Assembly (NCBI GenBank): GCA_050575255.1
Contig: JBNZDD010013522.1
Span: 822,116 to 886,115 of the forward strand
Direction: 5' to 3'
Source: Harriotta raleighana
Lineage: Eukaryota
Length of the DNA stretch: 64,000 nt
How positions within the stretch are numbered: the stretch's first letter is position 1; each line of letters begins with the position of its first letter. This document shows positions 22,701 to 37,253 of the stretch, piece after piece. The notes beneath the pieces are model-generated. The model made no database searches, had not been told where the DNA came from, and worked only from the letters and a program-made list of their open reading frames with translations. Made by a program: the position numbers and the translations under genes.

Positions 22701-25700
22701 GACAAACGGCATCCAAATTGAGGTGGAATCTCTGGAATATTCCAACCCCCCCCCCCCGCGTCTTTATAGATTCAGGTAATAGTGAGGATACTAAGTTGTT
22801 GGGTTCTGAGAAAATCAGGAAGGAAGCCTAGCTGCCCGCTCACTATCCAGAGCTAATGTTCACTGTCTAAAACCTGTGTGATTACACCCTGTATTAGGCC
22901 TGGCTAATCCAGCCACTGCACACGAGCAGCCAGAGATGGAATTAATAGAATTATATAACATTGAAGGAGAGTATTCGGCCCATCGTGTCTGTACTGGCTG
23001 TTTAAAAAGAGCTGTCTGAATCAACCCCCACCACCCCAATCCCCACCCCCACCCGCCCTGTAAACCTGTCCTCCCAAATAATTATCTACTTCTCTCTTAA
23101 AAGTTGTTATTGAATTGGCTTCCACTACCTTTTCAGGCCATGTATTCCAGATCCCAACAACTCGCTGAGTGAAAACATATCTCTTCACCTCTGCTCTGTT
23201 TCTATTAACAACTAATTTAAATCAGTGTCCACCGATAACCGACCCTCTCGGATAGACTTGGAGAGACTTGTTACATTAACCACCCCCCCCCTCTTGCCTG
23301 CACCATTTTATTATGGTGTCTAATGTATCATCTTTCCCCCCCTAAAATCCCCAACTGTTTTAATGCTGGTTTACAGAGGCAGAGCCTCTGTCTGACCACA
23401 AGATGTAGCTGTGGGGTTCAGAAGCAGACCTGTAGATTCCAGCACATCCCTGCTGCTCGCACAACCTGGGTTTGATCCAAACTCAAACAAAGGAAATAGA
23501 TTCAACCCCATTCAGATTGATCCTGTATCAGCTGCATTCACCGTCTAACAACAATGTCTACAGCCGTTAACACACAAAGAGTTTAAAAAGGTTAAACGTA
23601 GATGGTTAGGGGGAGGGAAAGTGTAGTTTAAAAACTTTAATAAGTGCAAATGTAAGCTGGAGATGCTTTAACTGGACACCTTTGGTTTGTATCCGCTAGA
23701 CTGTAGCACAACAGAGAATAAATCATCAGTAAATGAACTAACCCAAAACTATGAGCTGTGCATATGCCACGTTGTGTGGGGCTGTGTATGGCATCGGCTG
23801 TAGAACCAGAGCAGCTTGATGGTAATGCTTCATGCTCAGGCTCAGGCTCACACATACAATGTGGTGCCAAAGGGCCCCTGGCATCCTTAGAACTGCACCC
23901 CACTGTGAGCTGTCAAGACTGGAGGTATAAAGAGAGACAATTACAAGGGAAAAAAAATCTAGCAGTGGGATTGTGTCCTCTTAGAGTTGTTTCCTCTCCA
24001 ATGGCAGGCAGTGTATTAAAACGATTTACTGTAAAATAAAGGCACTGTATCCAATTTAGGTGCTAACAAATTTCACTTTATTTAACTGATTACTGCTTTT
24101 ACACTCATTTAAAGTAAATTGCTGTATTTTACCTTGATTTTATTGTGGTTGTCATGGTTACTGATTTCCTCAATTTGGGTTCTTGTCTTTGAGGGGGAAA
24201 AGAAACTGGTAGCTCTGTTTTGAAATGAGAAAGTGTTTGCATCTCTGGTTTTTTTGTGTGTGTGAGAGAAGATTTTTAGTTAAACTGATTTTTAGAGACT
24301 ATTTTAAATAAAATATATCCATACTTTTAGATTTGAGTATATGTTACCAAATTCTCTCTCCTTTTCAGTTATATAATATTTGGTCGATTTTTTTGAAATT
24401 AAAAACTCAGTTCGACACAAAATATGTTTTGTCTTTTTAAAATGATAAAACAATACTTGTGAAGTGAAGACGTGATTCAGGGGATTGTGATCAGTTCTCA
24501 AACCTTGAATATGATTTACAGCTACAGTCTTTCAGTGCCGCTAACCCAAATTTATAGGGTGACTTTCTGATTCTCCCCCAATCCCATTCATAGCTTCTTG
24601 CTCATTGCTGTTAAGTTTAGGAAAATTGTGCACTTGCAAGTACTTGTTAAAACAAAATATATATATTTATGTAATATTTGTAATTAATTAGAAGTTTCAT
24701 CACAACACTCTTTTCCATTGAACAGGCCCAAATCAGCTCACCTTGGTGAACTGAGCAGAATAGCTCTCCCTCCCTCTCTCTCTCTCACATTTCCTACTGC
24801 ATTCCACTTTGATTGTGCTTATTGAGTACTTGAGAATGCTGTGAAAGGCCAGACTTGTTCTATTTGATTAAATTTATTGTCCAGTCAAAAGCCATGCACA
24901 GTCTAGTCGTTCACTGCCACTCGTCACTTCTATCCCAGGTCATTAGGTGCAGTTTGGGGGAAAAAGACTGATTATTTTGGATGGTGGTGTAATTCCTGGC
25001 CAAACAATGTCTTCTGAGGCAGCATTTCTACTGCGATACGCACATATCTGTGTGCTTGCTCGTTCATTACTTTCATTATAATTTACAAAAGTTGCACTTT
25101 GATTTTAAGAACTGTACCTGAGACATCTCAAATTTCGCTTGGGTTTAAAAAAAAAAGTTTTGCGGTTTTACATTTATTTGAATTGACTCGCTGAGGATTT
25201 GTAATCATTCACGTTCCTCCTAATTGTGAATGGGTACGCCAAGGTGTGTTGTTTTTTGTGTATATGTGTGTATAAGTTTGTATGCCTATAAGTATAGGTG
25301 AGAGAGAGAGAGTTTGTTAAAACGTGGATGCTGTTTATGAAAGCTTGAGCTTCAGAAGTATTCACTGCCTACAACAAAATCTGCTGCAAATAAATATATT
25401 CCTGGTCAATAAACTTCAACATTTGGACTTTCAGTGTCTGAGCCATTGGTAAGTGACATTTTGAACAATATTTTCTGTTTTGTGGGTGAGAGTGATGGGC
25501 AGCATTACCAACATGCTGTCACACTACTGCTCGGAGATGTGAGAGGTCATGTGATGTGAACTGGTGTGATCTTGTGCTTTCCCTATTTTTGCATTTGTGT
25601 TTTGCGCTTTATAAAAAAAAATGTTCTTGTATACTACATGAGGTGAGGCTGGGGGAGGGGGGAAGGTGGCGGGGAATCAGGAAAGCAAAATGTGTTGTTA

Positions 25701-28700
25701 GAACAAACTGGTACGGGATAGAAAATATACAGTCATCACTTTACAGTATAAAGTGAAGCGCTTTGGGTCAAAGGTGTTATATCATTGCAAGGATTATTTA
25801 TTAATATAGAGAATTTCAGCACAGTAGGAAGTGTCTGTGACACTGCTAGTTGTATTATCATTTGATAGTTGCTCAGTTAGCTTTTCAAGTCCAATTTCCA
25901 AGTCCTGTTTACATTTATCAGTGGATTTTGATTTGCAAGGCGAGGTCATCCATCAATCAGATACTCTTTTCTTTCCCCCCCACCACACTCTTCCTCTTTT
26001 GTTGCTGTGATTCCTCAGATACCCTCTGGTACCTCACCACGGTGGACTTTATACAAGTATTAGCCTTGACAGTGAGGGATGTCAGCGTATAAGACTGGCC
26101 AAGCTCAATCCTGTTGCCCTCCTATTTCCCACCACCTCTTTGGTTAGCGCTCGAGAAATTGTTTCCTTTCAACCGTGGAAACTAAGGCTAGCGCTTGGTG
26201 GGGCTTACTCTGAACAGACCAGATATCAAACCTGAAGCTTTAGCCTCTATATCCCAGCTACTTGCTAGATAAATCTACTGCACCATCAGACTGCTGGGGA
26301 GTGGGAGGGAGGGCTAGCCGAATAGAGGCGGGGAGGGGGTCAGCGGAGGGACTATATCCGTCTCAACATGTGTTGGGATGGCTCTAATGTCTGAAACAAG
26401 ATCTCTGAAGGTTTATATATTTTAAGAGATTGCAGATGTTTCTTTTTCTTAACGGTGTAGAGAAGCGTATGAGAAGAGAAGGTACCTTTGTGACTGGAGG
26501 GAGGGGGAAAGAGAGACCAGGGTTTCTTAGAGAGAGGATTTATGTTTGAATAGAGGGATTTATGTTCTCTGAATCTCAGGCTGAGGTTGCTGGCTTACAG
26601 TCGCTGATGGATTCTGGCAGAGATGTACTCCTAGTTTCTAAGTACTGTACTTTGCCACTGACTTCTAATGATGCTGCTTATGTAACCTTCTGTTGACTTG
26701 TCATTTCGGAGGAAACTTCATACAGAAAATACCTTTTTATTTCCTCCTGAAATTGTGTTCCCCTCAAAGGGTTAATATAATTAAGCTCATTAATTTTTTC
26801 CTAATGATTTTTCCACTTGACTGATATTGTTAATCTGTAGAACACAGCAGTTGTCTGTCTGCTGTGTACATAACTTGTGTCTGGAGATACAAGACAATTT
26901 GGTGAAGTCTCAATTGCTTCCCCACTTGACTTGACACAATTAGCTGAGTGCATGACATGTTGATTGCTGATAGTCTCAGATGAAGGGTGCAATGCTGCTA
27001 AACTGTCATATTCCGGTGGGCAACATAAAATATCCTTAAATATCCGCACAGCCTCATCGAGGCACCAGCACTACGCAGAAGAGGCGAGAACTTCCATTGA
27101 AACATTGGCTCGTTGGTCTGGTAACTGGAATTGTCAAACTTTTGCAGAGAAATAGGAAATCACTCAAATTATTTTAAAAAATTGTCTCTGTTTCCTAGGT
27201 TAATTTACAGTGGAGCGTTTGAATTTGTTAATCATTTCTAATTTAACTTTCTTTTTCCTCTATCATTCTTCCTCTCTCTCTGTCGCTCTCTCCTTCTGCC
27301 CTAAAAGTTGAGAGAAGAGAGAGTTATATCATAGTAATGCGCATCCATTTGTTAGCCAGGGACTTCAATAGCTCAGAAATCTTTTGCTACATGAAGTGCA
27401 AATTTCCTAGGTCGCCTTCTATTACCATCGGAGACTGTTTGTGAAAAAAGATTTACACTGAACTGTTCAATTGGTGTGTGATTGAGTGTGAGGAGAGATT
27501 CACCACCTCAGTGACTTGTTCTCTTTACTTACGCTTCACCAGGCCTGCCGTCTCGGAGTGTTCTGAGAGTGTTCACCAAAGCCAGAATTGGCCCCAATTT
27601 ACCAAAAAGCCAAATTTTGCTTGTGTCGCCTCCTTTACAGGATCACAAGAGGTTCAGATAAAGGAGTGCCTCCTGCCATTTGATCTTGCCATTCACATTA
27701 AAACAGCTCCAGCCTTTTCTTAAATGAGTCCAGTGCAGCGACGTCAGCCTGGTAACCTGATCTAGCTGTGGGTTATTCTCGAAATACCATCCCTCCTCTT
27801 AATAGCCACACACAACCCTCGCAACAAACACACTCATGTTTGCTAGTAGATTCTACTACATGCCCAGCCTAATGATGGGAACGACTGTATCTTTCAAATG
27901 CTGTTCTTGTCCAATGATAAATCTTGTATTTAAATGGTTAATTGGCTGCCACATTTCGCCACAGTCACTGCACTTTATAGTAAACAAAGCGCTTTGAGAC
28001 GTTTTTAACTGTGACATCAGAATTCAAGGATTTGCAATTATTTCTTCATTTTTTTTCCTCTGGATGCTAATTACTTTAGATACTGCATGGCTCAATTTAG
28101 CAATCCTGCACGTGGCTGAAAGTATTCTTAACTAATATTGTTTTATTTAATATTTTAGCTCCGATGAGAGGAAAGTAAATCACAGCAAAGCCCAATTTTG
28201 TTCTTTCCCACAGTATTCACCTGTAGTTTTCAGCCAGAATCCTAATCCCTCAACCTAACTCTGGGTCAGGGAGACGCCCCTCTCCTCTTCTGCCGTAGCC
28301 CCAATGCTGATCAACCAACACAGATCAATTAACTTAGCGTAGACGAGGGATCTAACCTTGTTCCTGCATGACTTGGCAGCACATCACACATTGTTTTACC
28401 CACTGCGCCATTGGGGAACTCCTGAGTATTTTTAATAAACAGAATCACCGACCTGTTTTTGAGGGGTGGGGGAGAGGGAAATAGTAGATGTGTTTTTAAT
28501 TCCCTGCCTTGTGGATATTCCCATATTTCTCTCCCCCTGCTCCTCCTCACAAATGTTTTTCATCTACTTTTAGGGACCATATTTCAATCTAAAGCAGTTT
28601 ACCCTGATAATGTATCTTTGATATCATTATTGACAACCAAAAGCCACACAACTAATTGAGCAAAATGTGTTTCTTTTTGGACACAAAAGTTGAAGGTGTT

Positions 28701-31700
28701 TTTAGAATAAGGTCATATCCCAGCAGGCAGCTATTTAAATGATGGAAGATAAGTTTGGTTGAAAAGGGAAGGCGGGATCTCAAAGGCTTAATCCAGATTC
28801 CTTTCCTACCTGCAGGCAATTGGCAAATGCCCCATTCTCACTCGCAGCACAAAGGCCTCAAATTCAACTCCTGTCAATGAAGACTATTTAGTTGGCTTCT
28901 TCCTGCGTGCGTGAGGGAGTCAGTCAGTAATAACCATCACATTCTGAAGACAAAACAGTAAAAAGTTCTGTATTTTTGCCTTCAATTCTGATAGCTATTT
29001 ATGAAAGCGCTTGGAGACATTATCCTGTGTGAAATGTGCAATATAACAGCACGTTGCAGCAGCATTTTATATGGAAATGGTATCTTGCTGCCATTTATGC
29101 CGCCTACCCAAAGTACCTAGGACTATCTGACTGTTCGTGATACTGCACTAAACCCTGCACTTTTCCTCTCCCCTCCTTTAATCACAGTTTTTTTTCTTCA
29201 TTAAAATCAATTCAAGTTGATGGGCCGACAGTTATTAAAATCTGAATGCAACACGCGAACACCCAGCCTGTGATTATGGGAGAGATGTGTAGTTTCACGC
29301 AGCTTTCTGTTTTAATAGACTTTGTCAGAACAGCTTTAAATTGTTGTACTTTTCATTTATTGCCCATCTCCAAATTCAATTGTGATTGCTTGTGGGTCCC
29401 ACAAGATCATAGAATGAATTATTTTTTAATTGTGGATTAATAAAAATTGTGCATATTTTCTTAATGATCAAATCAAGATGTGTGGAGTCCCACAATTCCT
29501 TAAAGTGATCAAAAGTAATATCCAGAGCAAATACGGGACAATTTTCTTATTCGCATTTTAGACACCGGGCCTTGGTTACCTGTACATTTATGAACACAAA
29601 TCATGTATTAAAAAGAATTGCTTGAAAAAGTGATGCGTTAGATTTGCTTTATCCAATGGTAGGCTAATTATAAATATAAAAATTTTATGGTGGTTGCTGG
29701 ATAAAGCATGAAACATTCATCGATGCAATGTAATTATTTTAAGTAGCAAAGATGTCGTGCATTTATGTACGTTTCTTTATCCATGTAATGGGAATGTTTT
29801 GTTCACGGTTTTCCTGAGCAGTGTGGTATCCCTTTTTGAGGCATGAATAGTTAACCACGACTGATTGCCAGTTACTTTATTTAACCTTTGAATCACTCTT
29901 CCCAAACCACTTTCCTCTGGGTTTATTTCTCTCATTAAACTGGGAGGATTAAGAGATGCCTTGAAAGAAGTTATCAAGATTATCAAGCGGGTAAATACTA
30001 ATAGACTATTTCCACTTTACTTCCAACACTTATAGTTCAGCGGTTTAGTAAAGAGAATGACATAGATATAAGATAATGACTACTACCAATAATAAGTAAT
30101 AACCTTTACATTTGATACAGAGGTTTCCACATCGGTAGAATGTCTCATTGAAGCCCTTTCTTTACAGGATATGTAAAGTGCAATGAATGGGTATTTTTAG
30201 ATGAACACAGCAGCAAATTTCTGCATGACAGGTTCAACAACAACAACAAATTACATTTGTAGAGCGCCTTTCACATTGGGTGGACGTCCCAAGGCACTTG
30301 TTCGCAAAAAAAGCCATGAAATTAGTAACCAACCAAAAAGTGGAGGTTAGAATCAATCTCTTTATACACATGTTGGAACTTGTCATTGTCTGCCACGAGG
30401 AATTGAAGCAAAGCTCATATATATATATTGTTTTAAAAGAGAATTGTACATCTGACAAAGTGAATGTTGAAGGTCAGTGGCAGAAGTGGATTTAGTCCTG
30501 AAGACTGATGTGGGAGTCAGGAAATCACTGAGATATAGATTGGGCCAAATGGGCTGTGGTTAAACTGCAATGTTCTGTGATTCTTCAATCACCTCCCAAG
30601 TTCTTGTTCTGCGCTCAACTCCTCCTGTTGAGACGCTGCTTCATGTGATGGGTGCCAAGGAAATGCAACTTGTAAAATGCAGGGGCGCTGAGAAAGCTTG
30701 TATCCCCTTTGTTTCTTCTTCGGCTGCTTTGAAAAACATTTTCTGTCGGTGAAGTGAAGTGAAATCCTGAAGTAGACAACTGGTCATCATACCCTCCCTG
30801 CTGTGATCTGATCTTACCGAGCCTCTTGACGGGACTCGGTGGATAGCAGTACCTGCCAGCACCAACAACAAGAGCTCTTTCCCTAACCCAGTAATAGCTG
30901 GCTATTGTTCTCTATCCAAAAAAAACCCCACAATAATAAAATTGGTCATTTCAATCCATGAATGTTTGTGGGGGACGCTGCTGTGCGCAATTGGCTGCCG
31001 CGTTTCGCCCACAAATATAGTCAATTCACTTTACACTATATTCTGTGAAGTGCTTTGAGACGACAATAAGATGTGAAAAGCGCTAAATCAAATGCAAGGA
31101 TTATTATTATTTATTATTATTTATTATTACTCAAAACAGCGCAGTCGGGAATGGAGCAAGCGCCGTGTCAGTATTGCGGACATGTCAGCTGTCTGTTTAT
31201 GAGTATCCTCCATAACCTCCCTCTTCAGGCCTGTGATGGCCAATATTAGCCCAGGAAGTGTTTCTTTACACAAAGGGTAACTGGCATGTGAAGCAAGTTG
31301 TCAGGAAGCCTTGCCATGTGAAGGCAGTACCATTAGTATTCTGGAAGGATGAAATCAAATGGGCTGAAGGGCCTTTTTCATCCCAATCTTTCTTGTGATC
31401 TTGAGAGATGGTGATTTTTTTTTTTAAACGCATATGTTAGACATGAAAGCAATTCCCTTTCCACAGCACCATTCTTCATTAAAGTCTTGTCATCCCGCCG
31501 GACAGGATATCTGGAGAAGCTCGGACGGTTTCCAGCAGTAAAATGTTGCACAGATACGCTGTGGAATACATGAGAGGTGATGTGATGCTCAGCGATGGCA
31601 TCCTCACCGTGATACTTTGATACTACGCCATCATTTTCTCGGTTGCAAATGAGAGAGTGGTGGACGTCACAGAGACTAACCGCACAGCGCTGCAGAGAGG

Positions 31701-34700
31701 TCTGAGGAACCAGGCAACAGCAGCACTAGCAGCAGAATTAGGGATGAATTAGCCAAGGTCATTTCTATCTTGCACATTTTCATTCGCTCGGACTGGTAGC
31801 ATTCTCACCTCTAGATCAGAAGGTGGTGGATTGACACCCTAAGTCGCACTTACCGTAATTGAGAAGTTTGGAGCTTTGACGGTGCACTCAAATCAAACGC
31901 TCATTTTCTATAAATGGGGAATTTAGGCTAGGTTTGATTCATGCAGAGACCGAGGCGAATTTACACACACACACACACACATACACACTCCCCTCAGTGC
32001 CCGGATTCGGACACAAGTTTCTTATAAGTTATAAACAATAATGGACATGGACATGGGAGAATTAAATATCGGCAGCTCTGTTTAAAGTGTAAACTGGTCG
32101 CAATACTTTACCCGATCAATAGATGGTGCAAGTTCCTCAAAGATGATCTTTTTTTTACAGTAAATATTGCAAAATAGCTTCAGTGGATTAAACTGAATTT
32201 GGGATTTTTTTTCATAAAATTGATTTTTTTTCTCTCCCCCAGCAATAAACATAATGTCCTTACACAGAGATAAAATCGATAAGAAATTAATTTAACCTTT
32301 TCTTTCCTCTAAAGAAATATAATTTTACAAGCATTTGAACCCAATGAACTTTTGTGATTTTAATCTCTTTCAGCACCAAGCGGTTGTTATTGTACATAGT
32401 ACATTACAGATAATTGAAAAAAGGTAACGCGTTTCAATTTGTGATTCATTTAAAAAGGAAACCTGCATTATTAATCCCAAAAAGTTCAATCAATATGGTA
32501 GCAATTTTTTTTTAAAGAAAAAAAGGGCAGTATTGAAACGAAACTAGATTTACTTTTTATTACCAGACTACTGGTTATGTTACTACTGTATTCTCATAAG
32601 CAATGCGAGTCAATAAAAATGGGTTCTACACAAAACTGCTTTGCTACCCGTCAGCCAGATATCATGTGGGGGGGAGGGGAGTTGTAATTATTTTTCTCAC
32701 TTCATAATACAGTCAAAAGCGGATGGAATTGTCTTGCATCCGAATTGAAGGGTTTATTGAAAACAGCAGCCTTGATTCGGTGGTTAAAAAGTGTGTACCG
32801 TTGCTGTGCACAAACCTTTTAAAGCACAATAGGGCTTATATAAACTGTTAGGCGAACGCTATGCAATTTTGGCTAGTTAGACCCCCCCCCTCCCCCAGCA
32901 GTTACCCCAACGCACACTGTGGGGTCCTCAAGCCAATACTTTCTGGAATTAGGTGAGCAGGATGCATCCCTCCAGGGAGAGAGAGGGCGCATTCCATTCC
33001 AACAATCTATCTCTGTGATTTCCATGCGTAGGTGGGATGCATGGAATTCTCTGTTTGGTTTGGTTGTTTGTAAGCTTGTGTCAGTGACCAGCCTGATCAA
33101 TAAATTAATAAAACATTCGGCCATTCAAGACTACTCCCTATCAGAAACTCACCTTTATTGCCTTTCCTCATCAATTCAACAAATCTCTTAATATCCTTCT
33201 AATAATCCTTGCATCTGATATAGCGCCTTAGCACGTCATTGAGACAAAGCGCTTTGCTGGATACTGTACACTGTAAGGTGGATTGATTATATTTTGTGAC
33301 TTATTTTTCAAGTATTCATCTACCTACTTCTCGTTTTAAATGTCTCAATTAACCCTATCTTATTACCTTCACTGAAGCAGCCTCTGTGCTTTCTTTTTCT
33401 TTCCTCCGGGCCTCCCTCTACTCTTCCCTGCCCCTCCTTCTCAGTACAAACGCCACCGTAGATAGCGCTGTAACGAGTATCTCTCCGTTCCCCTCACGTG
33501 GACGATAGAGTGGAGGAGGAAGAGAATAAACTTCTCCTTTTCTCCCACCAAACCCCCACCACCTCAGACCATACCAGACAGATGGGACAATGCTCTTTTG
33601 CATGTGATAGCTGTTCGAGGGATCATAAGGGAAATTAATTTGAGCAGCCTCAATCCAGCTCCCAGTTGACGTGAGGCCATATCACGCTACTGCCCTAATT
33701 GTTTAAAACAAAATAGAAATTTACTCATTCTTTTGTTCTTTTGGACAAGTGGGTGTTGTGCTGTTGGGTTATCATGTTGTGACGGATGGTACTTTAAGCT
33801 TTACAGATAAATAGAACTTGTAACACGCAGCTAAAGCAAGAGACTTATTGAGTGGCTACAACTTGTAGAAATGGCTCTACATCCTTGTGTCGGTGCCTCA
33901 GTCTGCTACTTGGGGGAAGCACTACAGTGTCTAAGATGCCAGACTTCAGATGAGACATTAAACTGAGGTGGCGGCTGCTTTTCAGGACGATAACGATTCC
34001 ATAACAGTATTTGAAAAGAGAAGGGAGTTTCTCTCGTGGTCCTGGCCAAACAATCCTCCAGATAAATTGGTCATTCACTTCTTGGCTGTTTGCGGGTTCT
34101 CGTCGTGCCAAAAACTATAGTCAATACACTTGACAGCAATTCCCTGTGAAGGGCTTTGGCGTTATAGGCACTAAATCAAGTGCTAGTATTATTATTATTG
34201 TTGTACGCATCTGCAACTGGAGTTTCTGGCACAAGCAAGAGCTGTACAGCACAGAATCCAAGGGAAACCCAGAGTTACTCACAGACAACACAGATTCACA
34301 TTTCAAACTAATTGTGCTGTGTGTGTGTGTGTGTGTGTGTGTTTTCTCCCCCTTAAGCAAACATTCAAATACAACTGCAGAGTCATTCAACCCAGCATTA
34401 ATTTACATAGAATGAAACTACATGCAGTGCGGCTAATGGCTACATTCTGTGAAGTGTGTGAAACAAGATGATGCTCTCTGCTTTGGAGATTGTCCAGACT
34501 AGTAGTGTATATCTTCTACTGTGTCGGGTCTTCGTTGGGGCACGAAGTCCGCAAGCTCTCTACAGAGTCCAGGCACCCCCTCGGAAAGGGTCAAATGCTT
34601 TCATTAATTATCTGCGGAGAAACAAGTGTTTTGATGCTGAGTGTTTTCTCACTGACATCGGGGTCTATTAGACGGGGTTCTTGAATGGGGTTTTTAAAAA

Positions 34701-37193
34701 GGGAAACAGAATTAATAATAATAATCCTGGCATTTGATAGAGCACTTTTCATGTCTCCTAGACATCTTCACAGAATACACTGCAAAGTGAATTGACTGTA
34801 TATTTGTGGGCAAAACACATCATATCTGCACTGCACTCCATTGTCAGCTACTTTTGGAGCAAAGTTATTGCAAGTGGGTGTGAAGTTTGGCTGATAGGCA
34901 CTATACAAATGTAATTTTGTAGTGGTTGTTTCTGGAAGAAGGAATCATCTTCCTTGATTGCTTCCTGAAGGATTTTTGTTCGCAGATTGCCACACAATTC
35001 GCTATAACAAACGCAAGGATTATTATTCTCATGTTTGACCCTGTGACCCATTTTAAGCACACTTCATGTTAATCTTGCGCTATCTCTGTTTTCCTTTTTC
35101 CTTTGAATTGTGCTTTGCACGATTCACGGCTATTACTTTACAGTAGCTGTGGTCTTCTTGGTGTTGGAGAGAGAATATTGCAGTGGGACGTTCTCTGATC
35201 TACAGTATACCTTACAGTGAATGTCGAGCAGTCATTTTGTGAGTTGTGAAAACTCATGTAGAATATTAATGTTTCATGGACATTAATTTTTTTCGTCTCC
35301 TCACATTGATATTTAACTTGTGAACAGCTAAAGCTTGTATTATGGATGCAAAAATATTAATCGTTTACGCAGTGTTTCTGCAATGGTCCCTGAGCTATTC
35401 ATCACAGTAATAACCAGCATGTATACATCTTATTCTAAGTAGTGTTTTACAGTGTTTGAAGGGTTATACAGAAAAGGTAAAGTTGCCAGGAATGTGGGTT
35501 GAAAGGAGGTGACCATCAGCATGATCAGTGATGAGATTTTAATCAGTTTTCGAAGGTAGAAAAGGAAGGAGACGGCATGGTTGAGGGTTGGGTTCAGTAG
35601 GGTGACTTGGGGTGAAGGCTGGGTTGCTTATGGTGGTGGGTGGGAGGAGGCACTGAGAAGGGGGCAAGCGAACGAGCCGAGGAGTACATCACATATGGAG
35701 TTGGCCTCCGACGCAGTGAGATTTCAGTTTTATTTAAGAAAAAAACAATACATGAAGTTGGGAACACTCCCAAACAGGAAGCAGTTAGTTGCCAGCATTG
35801 AGATAGGGGGAATTGGCAGGCGAGACATCCCACATTCCTCTTCTATAGCTCCTGGTATATCATCACAGGGTTTCACAGAGGCAGAGAAATAGGAGCAGAC
35901 TTTTATAATAGAATTATTTTGACGTTATGTTTAGGTTTATGTGCACGGGATGTGATACCCGTGTCCATAGGGCTTATGGCAGAATTGCCTGCAGATTATA
36001 CGTTTGATTGAAGGAATGCAGATCATGTACAGGGCATAAAGTCATGTTATAGCCAAGATCTGGTGGGTTAGAAGCAACATCTCAACCAAGAGCTGCTGTT
36101 GGCAACTAACCTGAGTAAAGCCAACTCATAAAATTAACTGTGCATATATTACAATAAGGTAATGTGCGTTGGGAATGATTTCAAAAGCAGCAGATTTTTT
36201 TTCTCAAAAACAAAATAGCATTCTATAATGTGACCACATTTGAAGCCCCCTTTCCTGTAATTACTCTCACATATAGTGACTGTTTTTTGTGCGAGTGAGA
36301 AACACAGATATTATCGTGTGCACAGCTATATCCCACCACCGCCGAGGAGGTGAATGACCTATTTACCTGGAAGATTATTTAACTTGACACTGAGATAACC
36401 TTTTTTTTCGAACGGTGTCATTGAATCTTTAACATTCAGTTGAAGAACAGGCATATGGCAACTCGGGTTAACATCTCATCCAACGGGCATTTCACCAACA
36501 CAGCAGTATTGCATCGTTGGAAGTTCCTTTCCCCCCCCCATACGACACGGGGTGTCAGCCTAGAATATGCGCTCAAGTGCATATACGAGTCTTGAACCCA
36601 CATCCTTCTGACCTAGAGGCAAGAGTGCGTCTTGCTCTAGGAAGATTGTAGATTCAGAAAGGTTCAGGCAACTGTTATGAACTGCTCAAGAGGTTAGCTC
36701 TGGCAGTATATAGTGTGATTGGGGTTACTGCTCAGCAGTTGTTCCCAGGTATATCTATTCTGTGCTGTATGAGTGAGGCAGGTGCTGCATTGTTGTGTGT
36801 TTTCTCTTCATGTAAAGCCCTCCACATCCACACTTGCTCTATCACACTTCCGTAAAAAAACAGTGCAGCTTCTGCCCATCGCAAACTGCCCTGCATATAA
36901 AATTACTGGGTCATTAACTTTAACGTTATGTTGTTCAATTTGTTGTGCTTTGTTTCACAGACAGTCACTCAAGCCAGTCATATAGGGGGTTATTGAGAGC
37001 TAGTGAGTGAACAAACTGTGGCACTTACCTGGTTAAATGGTAATGTTTCTTGAGGGAAGGGTAGAGCCGGGGGGGGGGGGGGGGGTAATTCATTTTAAGA
37101 TTCAGTAACTTCACGCGGCAATGTTTAACATCAGCTGAGTGATGAGTAAACAAGGAAATCTTTCTTAAAATCAGCCCCAGTAAAAACACACAN

Positions 37194-37253
<60 letters not shown>

